DNA from: Escherichia phage MatMar | Sequence record: OR896829.1 | Strand: one strand, 5' to 3' | DNA: 50,761 bases | Shown here: positions 37,629 through 45,894 of the stretch, piece by piece | Layout of the letters: each line of letters begins with the position of its first letter | Position numbering within the stretch: position 1 is the stretch's first letter | Position numbers and translations under genes: made by a program | The notes under the pieces: generated by a model | What the model was told of the DNA's origin: nothing | The model's database searches: none | What the model saw: only the letters and a program-made list of their open reading frames with translations

Positions 37629-38011
37629 GAATATTTGGCCTCAAAAAGATAAGAGTAACCAGCAGAGAATCCGACCTCCTCGCGGTAGAGCGTCCATCGG
37701 TCGCCGTCCTCATCGAAGACGTAACCAGCAACTGATCCAAGAACGCGACCCTGTTCGACCTGGTAACGCTTTCCAGCTTTAAAACTTTTTTTGGTTGCCA
37801 TCCGGTGATCAACAAACGTACATAGAATCGTCTTTGCCTTGATAGTGCGGTATTCGTCCTGGTTGGCTGATTCCCACTTCGCGCCCTTAGCCAGCGCCTT
37901 AACCTGAAATTCCTCCATCTCGATCACGTCGTCGCTGCCAGCTACTTTTGTGTAAACAGTTTTATAGCGACCGTTCATCAATTTGTTGTCGGAATTGCGG
38001 ATAACTTTCAT
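37625..38011 (-). CDS. hypothetical protein
   Basis: 128 aa ORF. Confidence 0.45.
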   Translation of the reverse strand: MKVIRNSDNKLMNGRYKTVYTKVAGSDDVIEMEEFQVKALAKGAKWESANQDEYRTIKAKTILCTFVDHRMATKKSFKAGKRYQVEQGRVLGSVAGYVFDEDGDRWTLYREEVGFSAGYSYLFEAKYS

Positions 38012-38043
38012 TTGATTTTCTCCAGTTGTTTTCGTTGAAACGC

Positions 38044-38089
38044 ATTATGCCCGACTCAAGGTCGGGCGTTTTAACAAAAAGTGCTATTT
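38044..38089 (-). promoter_or_regulatory. AAATAGCAC module, hairpin spacer, CATAAT at N22
   Basis: - strand: aaatagcactttttgttaaaac gcccgaccttgagtcggg cataat. Confidence 0.5.
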
Positions 38090-38794
38090 TGAGTTTTCCT
38101 CAAATACGGCGCGAGCAAATCCTCGCGGAGTGAGGGAGCGTATCATCTTTGTTCTGGATGATTTGCCACCAGTTTTAGCCCAGCCTGGGTTATCCTTCTC
38201 GGTTGGCAATACCAGTTTTCTCTGTGGAACGATAAAGCCGTTTCCAGTCCAAAGGCATGTTTTCTTAAAGTAGCAATCACGCGCCGGAATAATATCAGGG
38301 AAGTCTGGATGCTTATCATCTTCCGGCAGATAGCCAGCGTAATCGCACGGATGGAACGTATAATCAGGCTTTCGCCATAACGTTGACAACTTGCCAACCG
38401 GATTTTCGATCATGTAAGGAACACCGAAATAATCAGCTATATCAGCCGCGATTCTGCAAGTGTCGGCGGCCTCATCCTGGAACGATGGATTCTCAAGGCG
38501 TTTTTTAGCCCAATGGCGAGATCCGCTATTTGCAAGGTCAGTGCATGGTGGGAAGGCCATAATAAAATCAGGATTGCCCCACTCATTATTTATTGCCTTA
38601 ACATAAAAAGCATCGTCAATCCAGACGTTAACGTATTCGATATTCTCATGCTTTATGCGCACTGACTGGTAATCACCGTGATCGCCACCGTCAGCATTAA
38701 AGCAAATGCACTTATAGCCATTATCAGCCCAATCTTTAACGGCTTTACCAGATCCATCAAATAGGGAGAATATTAAACCTTTATACATCGTCAT
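38084..38794 (-). CDS. DNA cytosine-5 methyltransferase-like protein (short)
   Basis: about 236 aa from ATG near 38794; motif order FDGSG (AdoMet box), PPC (catalytic Pro-Cys), ENPVG (ENV box); ORF track start 38857 is TTG. Confidence 0.4.
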   Translation of the reverse strand: MTMYKGLIFSLFDGSGKAVKDWADNGYKCICFNADGGDHGDYQSVRIKHENIEYVNVWIDDAFYVKAINNEWGNPDFIMAFPPCTDLANSGSRHWAKKRLENPSFQDEAADTCRIAADIADYFGVPYMIENPVGKLSTLWRKPDYTFHPCDYAGYLPEDDKHPDFPDIIPARDCYFKKTCLWTGNGFIVPQRKLVLPTEKDNPGWAKTGGKSSRTKMIRSLTPRGFARAVFEENSK

Positions 38795-38798
38795 TACC

Positions 38799-39023
38799 TC
38801 AAAACGGAAAACAGCGCGCACAACCAGGATCGAAATCGCATCCACAATCATTAACAATCATAGTGGGATCTGCAAATATTGCGCTTGATTCAAGATCCAT
38901 ATCCATATCACCTAAAGCCTCATCAAGAGTCTTAAATTTATATGCCACTTCAAGCGCCGCCTCTTTATTTAGTCCGGCATCTTCTGCCATTTGAAGGCGC
39001 TCAAAAAAACCGTCCTGACTCAT
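38799..39023 (-). CDS. hypothetical protein
   Basis: 74 aa acidic protein. Confidence 0.45.
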   Translation of the reverse strand: MSQDGFFERLQMAEDAGLNKEAALEVAYKFKTLDEALGDMDMDLESSAIFADPTMIVNDCGCDFDPGCARCFPF

Positions 39024-39136
39024 CGCATAACTCCATTAATAACAGCCAAGATAATAGCCAGGCCAGCAGCAGTAACCAAAAATCCAACCGCGCCAATAAT
39101 CGAATAAAAAAAGAAATCAATAGCTTTATCTATCAT
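39020..39136 (-). CDS. possible 38-aa membrane peptide
   Basis: hydrophobic small ORF with GAGGTG RBS; stop overlaps downstream start; not in ORF track. Confidence 0.25.
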   Translation of the reverse strand: MIDKAIDFFFYSIIGAVGFLVTAAGLAIILAVINGVMR

Positions 39137-39178
39137 TTTCCACCTCATTTAAAAGGCGGCAAAACGCCGCCAGATTAA

Positions 39179-39406
39179 TTAAAGAGCGCGCCAACTTTGA
39201 ATATAGAAAGCGTTTTCTTCCAGTAATTCTTTTACCTGATCTTTATTGTATTTGCGCACCTTACCGCCTGGATGGATACCAATAAGATAGCCGCCTTTGC
39301 CCTCGGTGATAGTGATTTGGCTAATTCCACAAGACTTATCAAGTTTTACAGCCACGCGGTGATGAGCGTCAATAGTTGACATAATGTTTAAAACTTTTGC
39401 TTTCAT
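39179..39406 (-). CDS. hypothetical protein
   Basis: 75 aa; GAGGA RBS. Confidence 0.45.
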   Translation of the reverse strand: MKAKVLNIMSTIDAHHRVAVKLDKSCGISQITITEGKGGYLIGIHPGGKVRKYNKDQVKELLEENAFYIQSWRAL

Positions 39407-39514
39407 TTAAATATCCTCAATTGAAATATGAATGGCGTCGTGCTCTTTTTCCGTCGCCGCCGTAATGGTCATTTGCAACCGCCACCATCCAGGCATTTTT
39501 GAAAATAAATAGCC

Positions 39515-39727
39515 TCATTTCTTATTTTTCATCTTAAATTTATGGCCTGGAACACCAGCACCAATATATCCATCGTTGTATTCCATTAAATAAAGGTGAA
39601 GACCATTATCTGAAATTACATGAGGATCTTCTTTGAGATTTCCCATTAGTGGATATTCTTTTTCGCGCGTGAATTTCCAAATTGAGTTATAAGTTTCTAC
39701 GCATTTAAGTTTTAATTGCTTTGCCAT
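39515..39727 (-). CDS. hypothetical protein
   Basis: 70 aa ORF. Confidence 0.45.
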   Translation of the reverse strand: MAKQLKLKCVETYNSIWKFTREKEYPLMGNLKEDPHVISDNGLHLYLMEYNDGYIGAGVPGHKFKMKNKK

Positions 39728-39924
39728 TAGATGATCTCCATGTATGTTTCAAAGCCATTTAACTTGAACAGGCCGTTTTCACATTTGCGAACGTTCCAAG
39801 TTAGCCCTGAGTGGTACGCCTCCATATCATCAAGGTCAATGGTGATTTCAGCACCTTTCTTAAACAAACCTTTTTCGTGAGACTTGTCGCGCTTAACAAC
39901 TTTAACATCAACCTGATTTTCCAT
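39727..39924 (-). CDS. hypothetical protein
   Basis: 65 aa from ATG at 39924 with GAGGA RBS. Confidence 0.4.
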   Translation of the reverse strand: MENQVDVKVVKRDKSHEKGLFKKGAEITIDLDDMEAYHSGLTWNVRKCENGLFKLNGFETYMEII

Positions 39925-39957
39925 CTTTAAATCCTCGCATTCGTTGTCGATGCGTGT

Positions 39958-40003
39958 AATGTACAGGAACACGAGGATTGAGTTTTAACAAAAAGTGCTA
40001 TTT
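39958..40003 (-). promoter_or_regulatory. AAATAGCAC module, TACATT at N22
   Basis: - strand: taaatagcactttttgttaaaac N19 tacatt acacgcatcg. Confidence 0.5.
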
Positions 40004-40268
40004 AGTCCAGAAATTCGATTTCACGCTCGCCAGTTAACGGATCTACAAGCCAGAATCCGAGCGGTTCGCCGTAAACACCGCCATAGAATCCAAGCGCCGC
40101 CAGATCTTCACCTTTAACGAATACCAGGTTTCCGCTACGGCTTACGTGAGACACGTTAACGATAACCGGAAAGGTGCGATCCTTAAATGCAGGCATCAGG
40201 GCGTAACATCCTTTATTGAGCAAACGTGCTTTGCGCTTTACTGGAATAGGTGCATTGATACGTGCCAT
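40002..40268 (-). CDS. hypothetical protein
   Basis: 88 aa from ATG at 40268. Confidence 0.4.
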   Translation of the reverse strand: MARINAPIPVKRKARLLNKGCYALMPAFKDRTFPVIVNVSHVSRSGNLVFVKGEDLAALGFYGGVYGEPLGFWLVDPLTGEREIEFLD

Positions 40269-40480
40269 CAGTTGATTCTCCCATACAGATCGCAAACTTC
40301 GTTGATAAAGCAGAGTTGCGCCTCCTTATCTTGTTTCTCAAACATCGCACGGCACTCATATCGGTGATTATGCACAATGACTACAACCATATTTTCCTGC
40401 GCTAACGGGTGACGTGCGGACGCGTCGCAGATTGAAACATCCATACCCATCTCACGGGCTTTCTTGATCACATTAAGCAT
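40268..40480 (-). CDS. hypothetical protein
   Basis: 70 aa from ATG at 40480 with AGGAGA RBS. Confidence 0.4.
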   Translation of the reverse strand: MLNVIKKAREMGMDVSICDASARHPLAQENMVVVIVHNHRYECRAMFEKQDKEAQLCFINEVCDLYGRIN

Positions 40481-40734
40481 TTTTTCTTCTCCTGCAATAA
40501 GCAAACATCATTGATAAAATCAGCGCGGCCTTTAATGTTGCTGATGTGGAACGTCTTTTCAGCGTACAGGCCATCACCTTCAATCACGATCATTACGCGA
40601 GTCGGTTTGTTCACGGGCGCACATGAAAAGAGTGGGCGCACCGGAAGAAATTTAGTAGTCACATCCAGGTTAGACCTGGCCGCCCTGCAAAATGCCTCAG
40701 CCAGATCTAAATCATTTTCGGTAATCACCGCCAT
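40468..40734 (-). CDS. hypothetical protein
   Basis: 88 aa ORF. Confidence 0.4.
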   Translation of the reverse strand: MAVITENDLDLAEAFCRAARSNLDVTTKFLPVRPLFSCAPVNKPTRVMIVIEGDGLYAEKTFHISNIKGRADFINDVCLLQEKKKCLM

Positions 40735-41006
40735 TACTTCTTGATCTCCTCACTGATAAATTTCAGCACCCGGCGCAAGAAAACTTCGTTGTTGATAGTC
40801 GCTGGCAATTCTTCTTTCACCTCTTGCGGCAGATAGATATTGCCGTGCCAGGTCAAGCAATCGTAGTTGATACGATAAGAGCAAAGCCACTCGCAATCGT
40901 TATCTGCTTCCCAAATGCAGAGTTGCAGAACATCGCCTAAGTTCTCAACAGTCAGATCCAGACCGTGACGCTTAGCGAAATTGAAAGTGGTTTTGCTGAT
41001 GTTCAT
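40734..41006 (-). CDS. hypothetical protein (first gene of leftward early operon)
   Basis: 90 aa; AGGAGA RBS. Confidence 0.45.
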   Translation of the reverse strand: MNISKTTFNFAKRHGLDLTVENLGDVLQLCIWEADNDCEWLCSYRINYDCLTWHGNIYLPQEVKEELPATINNEVFLRRVLKFISEEIKK

Positions 41007-41041
41007 TTGCTATCTCCTGAGCGGTTTGTTTCGATGTGTGT

Positions 41042-41087
41042 AATGTACCCGATCAGAATGATTCGGTTTTAACAAAAAGTGCTATTC
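41042..41087 (-). promoter_or_regulatory. AAATAGCAC module, TACATT at N22, with no gene upstream of it
   Basis: - strand: atggaatagcactttttgttaaaac cgaatcattctgatcggg tacatt acacacatcg, then RBS and ATG 41006. Confidence 0.5.
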
Positions 41088-41681
41088 CATGCCTGGTGCA
41101 TTATTCCAGTTATTCCACGCTCAAAGAATAATCGGAATAAGTTGCTTAACTGTTAAATTGGTTAGTGTGATATGCGTTTACCAGGTTTTTCGATTGATTG
41201 CGTGTGTGATTAATCATGTGTGGCGGGGTGTATAGAAAGTAGTTGCCCTCTCGCCTCGTCCTGGTGGCGTCAGCAAACAGAAGCTGTTTATTTTGTTCGC
41301 GCGTGTTCGCGTTTCAGGGCGGCATGTTTCCGCGCTGTTTTTCAATGTATTGCGAACGCAAAAAACAAAATAAATCCCTTATAATACATTGAAAATAAAG
41401 AATATTTATTTATGTATATATTTATGTGTTATTTCTTGTTAGCGTTGTTAGTGTGGTATGTGATGGTTGCGGTGTCGCTTTGTTGGTATATATATGGATA
41501 GTTGCGCGCCTGGTGGAATGAGTATGTGTATATATACTTTTATTGCGATATTGCGCTAACAGCGCGAACAGAAAGAAAACAAGCGACAAAAACTTATTGC
41601 AAATCATGTTGTTATGTAGCGATTATCTCAAAACGTCGACAACGCGAACAGGCCGCGAACGTTATACGGACAAAATAAACA

Positions 41682-41709
41682 TTGACACGCATGAAATAGC
41701 AATTATAAT
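41682..41709 (+). promoter_or_regulatory. consensus sigma70-like promoter (TTGACA N16 TATAAT) for rightward early operon
   Basis: read directly; spacer contains AAATAGCA. Confidence 0.55.
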
Positions 41710-41740
41710 GGCCTGCAACTGACCAACAGGAGGAATGACA

Positions 41741-42202
41741 ATGAGTCAGAAAACATCGAAAGACTATTGCGACTGGTTGCGAGAGCTTGGTCGACGCCTT
41801 GCAAGCGGCGAGATTGTAGAGCATAAAATGTCAGTTCTCGACCTTGCCGGAATGTTAAACGGCGACGACTACTACAAGGTGACAAAGAATCAGGCATACA
41901 GCCGCACAATAATCAACCGCGTGCCGGAAGTGAAAGCGGTTGGAAAGGTGCGAATCAGAACGGAAGAAACGGAAGACGATAAGTTTTACGTTTTCAGCCT
42001 GAATCGCGACGTTAAGCGCAAGGTGATTACGAGCGAGGACTTGCCAGCAGTCCAGGCAAAGGCGGTTGAAAAGTTCGCCGCTCGCATTCTTGCATCAATG
42101 CCGAACGTTACCGACATGCAAGGCGATAAACTGGCTGGAGCTTGCGAAGGAATAAGTCGCTACCAGGAAATGATCCGCAATCTTGTTAACGAGGAGAAAT
42201 GA
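41741..42202 (+). CDS. hypothetical protein
   Basis: 153 aa from ATG 41741 with AGGAGG RBS. Confidence 0.45.
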   Translation: MSQKTSKDYCDWLRELGRRLASGEIVEHKMSVLDLAGMLNGDDYYKVTKNQAYSRTIINRVPEVKAVGKVRIRTEETEDDKFYVFSLNRDVKRKVITSEDLPAVQAKAVEKFAARILASMPNVTDMQGDKLAGACEGISRYQEMIRNLVNEEK

Positions 42203-42203
42203 A

Positions 42204-42467
42204 ATGAATAAGGCATTAATGGCGGTTTTTATGGCAACAGCATTCCTGACCGGATGTAATGGTGATGGTGCTTACGTCGATGCACAAATGGCTAACCCTG
42301 CCGATACTTACAACGTCAGAAAACTATTTACAGTCGATGGTTGCGATGTGTACAGGTTCAGCGATAGCCGATACGTGTACTTTACCAACTGCCAGGGTAG
42401 CGCAAACTGGTCAACTAACGAAGGCAAGTCGGTTAGTCACTACCAAAACACAACAAACGTGAAATAG
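42204..42467 (+). CDS. lipoprotein (second in genome)
   Basis: 87 aa from ATG 42204; signal peptide with lipobox LTGC. Confidence 0.5.
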   Translation: MNKALMAVFMATAFLTGCNGDGAYVDAQMANPADTYNVRKLFTVDGCDVYRFSDSRYVYFTNCQGSANWSTNEGKSVSHYQNTTNVK

Positions 42468-42507
42468 CACTTTTTGTTAAAACTCAAAAACGATAACCAG
42501 GCATAAT
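42462..42507 (+). promoter_or_regulatory. AAATAGCAC module, CATAAT at N22
   Basis: aaatagcactttttgttaaaac tcaaaaacgataaccagg cataat acacacatag. Confidence 0.5.
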
Positions 42508-42709
42508 ACACACATAGACGGGCGGCAAGGATTGCTGCGGGAGAGGAGCGACGCAGGGGCTTGATCGAAGTGTCAGGATTCCCAACCGTGAGGCCAGAAC
42601 TATCACACTCGCCACCAGGCAGAACGCTAGATAGGTCACTGAACTGAGGCTACCGACGAAGTGAAGCCCGTCACCAAAGATTAAACGGTTATTTATGTGA
42701 AAGGGGTTA
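42508..42709 (+). ncRNA. candidate structured non-coding RNA or long 5' leader
   Basis: about 200 bp with no ORF having start codon and RBS, GC-rich compared with flanks, begins just after a promoter-like module; local hairpins and long-range complement gacgggc / gcccgtc. Confidence 0.25.
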
Positions 42710-42892
42710 ATGATGGATAAGATCATCAAAATGAGCGAAGTCAAACCGGGAATGATGGTTAAGTTTGCTGGCAAATATCGCCTGGTGCTGGATAACTGCC
42801 GCAAAGAGAACATTCTCACCATTCGAGTTAACGGCAAGGCGCAGCTATTCGCCCCCAACGCAGATATTAATGTTGAGGTCAGAATTAAGTAA
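42710..42892 (+). CDS. hypothetical protein
   Basis: 60 aa ORF. Confidence 0.4.
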   Translation: MMDKIIKMSEVKPGMMVKFAGKYRLVLDNCRKENILTIRVNGKAQLFAPNADINVEVRIK

Positions 42893-42960
42893 TAAGCCAG
42901 GCCGCAAAATCCGGCCTATAACCAGAAATAATTTTGTTAAACCAATCAGGAGAAAGCACC

Positions 42961-43854
42961 ATGTTAAAACTTGCTGACATTAAATTCCCGATCACCTTCG
43001 AATCTCGCGGCATTGGTCATTACATTTTTACTGATGAAAAAACATGCCATAAAGTTGATTTGCATAGCTACAAGCGTGCGCCATCAGACATGGAGATTGA
43101 ACACTTCATTGATGCACACAATACGCACTACAACGCCCTTAAAGACTATGGCTATGCAATGCCAGGATATACCAGCTTCCACTACAAGCCATATAAAGGC
43201 CAGGTGTTGCCAGTGCGCTCACCGGAACGCGCAGAGATTCCGATGGTCGATATGAAAACATGCGACTACAAAAAGCTGTGGTGCTTAAGTGTGGACAATA
43301 TCAAGTACCCGATCACGTTCTACACGGTTGGTAATTCAACGATTCGCTTCACATCGCGCGACAATGGCGTTTATAGCGATGGTCAGAAATCAGAGTTGAA
43401 AGTTGATTTCTTTGTTGATGGTCACAATAGATACAATCCACACAACGAAAAAGATAAGGTGTACTACGTGGAAGATATTACAAAACACTTATTTGGAGAA
43501 ACACCATTCGGCGGCGGGAAGACGTCAATTCATCAAATCATTGGCGAGGAGATCCACAAAGCGGCTGCCGAAATGAAAGCGCCTGGAGGATGGCGTATTG
43601 ACAAGAGCGCCTTTGCCTATCAAGAAATCGTAACGCAGGGCGCAATTGAAGATATGCCAGTTGCAGCCACGCTAAAAGGAGTCCGGCTTGATGATGGTAC
43701 ATGGTATGAATTAACGGCTACACCAAAGACGATCGAAATTCATGATGATGTTGTTATCCTCCTGCTTCACTATGGCGGCGCTAAAAACCGGACGGTTGCA
43801 GGTGAGATCAGCATCAAGCGCGGAACGATGGTTAAGTGGAAGGTGAAAGTATAA
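42961..43854 (+). CDS. hypothetical protein with internal two-fold repeat
   Basis: 297 aa from ATG 42961 with AGGAGA RBS; repeated motif KFPITFESRG / KYPITFYTVG. Confidence 0.45.
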   Translation: MLKLADIKFPITFESRGIGHYIFTDEKTCHKVDLHSYKRAPSDMEIEHFIDAHNTHYNALKDYGYAMPGYTSFHYKPYKGQVLPVRSPERAEIPMVDMKTCDYKKLWCLSVDNIKYPITFYTVGNSTIRFTSRDNGVYSDGQKSELKVDFFVDGHNRYNPHNEKDKVYYVEDITKHLFGETPFGGGKTSIHQIIGEEIHKAAAEMKAPGGWRIDKSAFAYQEIVTQGAIEDMPVAATLKGVRLDDGTWYELTATPKTIEIHDDVVILLLHYGGAKNRTVAGEISIKRGTMVKWKVKV

Positions 43855-43897
43855 ATAGCACGAATTGTTAAAACTCAATGGTGGGGCCAGGTATAAT
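43853..43897 (+). promoter_or_regulatory. AAATAGCAC module (GAATTG variant), TATAAT at N21
   Basis: aaatagcacgaattgttaaaac ... ggcc aggtataat ggcc. Confidence 0.5.
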
Positions 43898-43926
43898 GGC
43901 CTCACTTTCAACGAAGGAGATAAAAA

Positions 43927-44160
43927 ATGATTATTGAACAGCATTTTCTTTGCGTTAAGAGCAATCGACCATTCTTCACGCCTGGCAAGGTGTACCAGGG
44001 CAAGAAGGACACAAGAGATGGTCACTCTTATCATGTTCACTGCAACAACGGATACAAGTTTTACCTTAACGGCGAGAATGGAACTGAGATCGTTGCGTTT
44101 GAAAACGTAGTTGCAGAGTTCGAGCAGGTTACAGACGCGGAATTTGAGGAAGTGAAATAA
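43927..44160 (+). CDS. hypothetical protein
   Basis: 77 aa; AAGGAGA RBS. Confidence 0.45.
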   Translation: MIIEQHFLCVKSNRPFFTPGKVYQGKKDTRDGHSYHVHCNNGYKFYLNGENGTEIVAFENVVAEFEQVTDAEFEEVK

Positions 44161-44342
44161 TGGATGATTTTACTCGGCTTGTTCTCGGCTGGATTGTATT
44201 TCTTTTTGCGTGGCTTATCCACTGTGCGAGACATAAATTCAGACTGAGCTATGATAATTCATTCGTTATGACCTGCTTCAGTATTCCAGGATGGATCATT
44301 TTGCTTGTGGCTACTGCTGAATACATCCATAAAACATTTTAA
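44160..44342 (+). CDS. small membrane protein (two hydrophobic helices)
   Basis: 60 aa; LVLGWIVFLFAWLI and GWIILLVATA segments. Confidence 0.4.
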   Translation: MDDFTRLVLGWIVFLFAWLIHCARHKFRLSYDNSFVMTCFSIPGWIILLVATAEYIHKTF

Positions 44343-44352
44343 GGATTAATAT

Positions 44353-44892
44353 ATGAAAAAATACACTTTCGAACTATGGGGCAAGAAATACGAATTAATG
44401 ACCAGCAAGCCTATTGTTATCGTTGATCTGGATGGCACGCTATCGGACGGATCGCATCGTTTGCACTTGCTGCCAACCGAAAACTTGCACCTTACGGAAT
44501 CGTGGAGCGAATTTAACAGGGCAGCCGCCGGAGATTCACCGATTAAGAGCACGATTGCTGTTATCAATGGTTTGTGGGTATCTGGCTTTGCCGTCGTTAT
44601 TCTTACCGGACGCAGCGACGAGGTTCGCTATGAAACCTGCAAATGGTTGAATGAGAACGGCGTGAAGTTTGACGAAATCATCATGCGCCGCCAGGAGGAC
44701 AACCGAAAGGATACGGTTATTAAAGAAGAAGCCTTGCGCGCTATTGGATTGGGCAACATTGTTTGCGCCTTTGACGATTCTCCGAATGTGGTTAAGCACT
44801 TCCGAAGCCTGGGGATCACAACCTATCAGGTCACGGAATACGACAAGCCACACGCTCACCTGCAATCTCACGGCGTGGAGTGTTTAAAATGA
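44353..44892 (+). CDS. HAD-family phosphatase (polynucleotide 3'-phosphatase-like)
   Basis: 179 aa; HAD motif I VDLDGTLSDG near N-terminus. Confidence 0.5.
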   Translation: MKKYTFELWGKKYELMTSKPIVIVDLDGTLSDGSHRLHLLPTENLHLTESWSEFNRAAAGDSPIKSTIAVINGLWVSGFAVVILTGRSDEVRYETCKWLNENGVKFDEIIMRRQEDNRKDTVIKEEALRAIGLGNIVCAFDDSPNVVKHFRSLGITTYQVTEYDKPHAHLQSHGVECLK

Positions 44893-45050
44893 CTTGGTTG
44901 CTTTTAATCTTTGTCACAAGTTACAACTCCGCAGCTATTGAGTCGCAGGAGTTCCACGGCGAATCAAGATGCCAGGAAGCGCGAAAGCAAGTTGTTCTCA
45001 ACATGTCAGATAGTGGGAAGGATGTAACAGCGTTATGCGTTCGTAAATAG
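44889..45050 (+). CDS. hypothetical small protein (53 aa) with hydrophobic N-terminus
   Basis: ATGA overlap with upstream gene; stop TAG embedded in the 22-bp element; not in ORF track. Confidence 0.35.
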   Translation: MTWLLLIFVTSYNSAAIESQEFHGESRCQEARKQVVLNMSDSGKDVTALCVRK

Positions 45051-45090
45051 CACTTTTTGTTAAAGCATTCCATCGGGCTTGCTTTATAGT
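45045..45090 (+). promoter_or_regulatory. AAATAGCAC module, hairpin spacer, TATAGT at N22
   Basis: aaatagcactttttgttaaagc N20 tatagt. Confidence 0.45.
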
Positions 45091-45121
45091 AAGCCCATCA
45101 ACAACGAAAGAGGAAAGCATC

Positions 45122-45421
45122 ATGTTGGTTCGTAACGCGATTTATAAATTCACAAACGAGATGGGGGTTCACCTTTACCACGTAAACCATCAAGGCCACA
45201 TCTCAATCGCGATGTATCGCGACGCTCGCGGGAAGTGCAGACCTTCTCTGCGTGGCAGAATTTCACCTGCGTTCTTCATGTTTAGATGGTATGCAACGGA
45301 ACAAAGCAACCATAACCACTGGTATAAAGTATTGGTTGCAGGAGGCCGAATTGTTGTCAGCCACGTAGTCGATCCGCGCAAACTAACAAGTCGCCAGCTT
45401 CGCAAAATGGCGCGCAAGTGA
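45122..45421 (+). CDS. hypothetical protein
   Basis: 99 aa ORF with RBS. Confidence 0.45.
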   Translation: MLVRNAIYKFTNEMGVHLYHVNHQGHISIAMYRDARGKCRPSLRGRISPAFFMFRWYATEQSNHNHWYKVLVAGGRIVVSHVVDPRKLTSRQLRKMARK

Positions 45422-45433
45422 GAGAGGAATCCG

Positions 45434-45628
45434 ATGTATAAACTTCCATCAATGCATCCATTGCAGGAAAAAGCAGTTAACTACTTGCGCGACCTGGCAG
45501 ACAAGATCAAAAATGGCGAGGCATTCATAGAGCGAGTCGAGGCACTAAAAACCGTTGTTGATTTCGGTTGCTCAAGGGAAGAAATCAGCATTCATGTTGT
45601 TACAGCAGACGAGGAGACGAAGAAATGA
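45434..45628 (+). CDS. hypothetical protein
   Basis: 64 aa ORF. Confidence 0.4.
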   Translation: MYKLPSMHPLQEKAVNYLRDLADKIKNGEAFIERVEALKTVVDFGCSREEISIHVVTADEETKK

Positions 45629-45894
45629 CACGCAAAATTGAAATATTCCAGGCCATAGACAGAATCGACATGAGGGATTCACTATTCGCTATTGAGTCCA
45701 TTGATGGCGAAGACGTCGCCTACAACGTAGAGCTGGATGAATACGGATTCGACTGTGTGCGCAAAAAGTTTGCAGATAAAATTGCTATGCAAGGCCGATG
45801 CTTGCATAAAGACTCAAGCATAGAGCCTAGACGAAGCGACATGATTAATCCAAAACTTGTTGAGACTATTACTTTTGTGGAGAGCAGAAAATGA
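45625..45894 (+). CDS. hypothetical protein
   Basis: 89 aa from ATG 45625 with GAGGAGA RBS. Confidence 0.4.
   Translation: MTRKIEIFQAIDRIDMRDSLFAIESIDGEDVAYNVELDEYGFDCVRKKFADKIAMQGRCLHKDSSIEPRRSDMINPKLVETITFVESRK

Noticed and set aside
42508-42709. tRNA or tmRNA gene in the GC-rich non-coding stretch
   Set aside because: No recognisable D-loop or T-loop (GTTCRANYC) and the acceptor-like complement spans about 150 nt; kept only as an unclassified ncRNA candidate.
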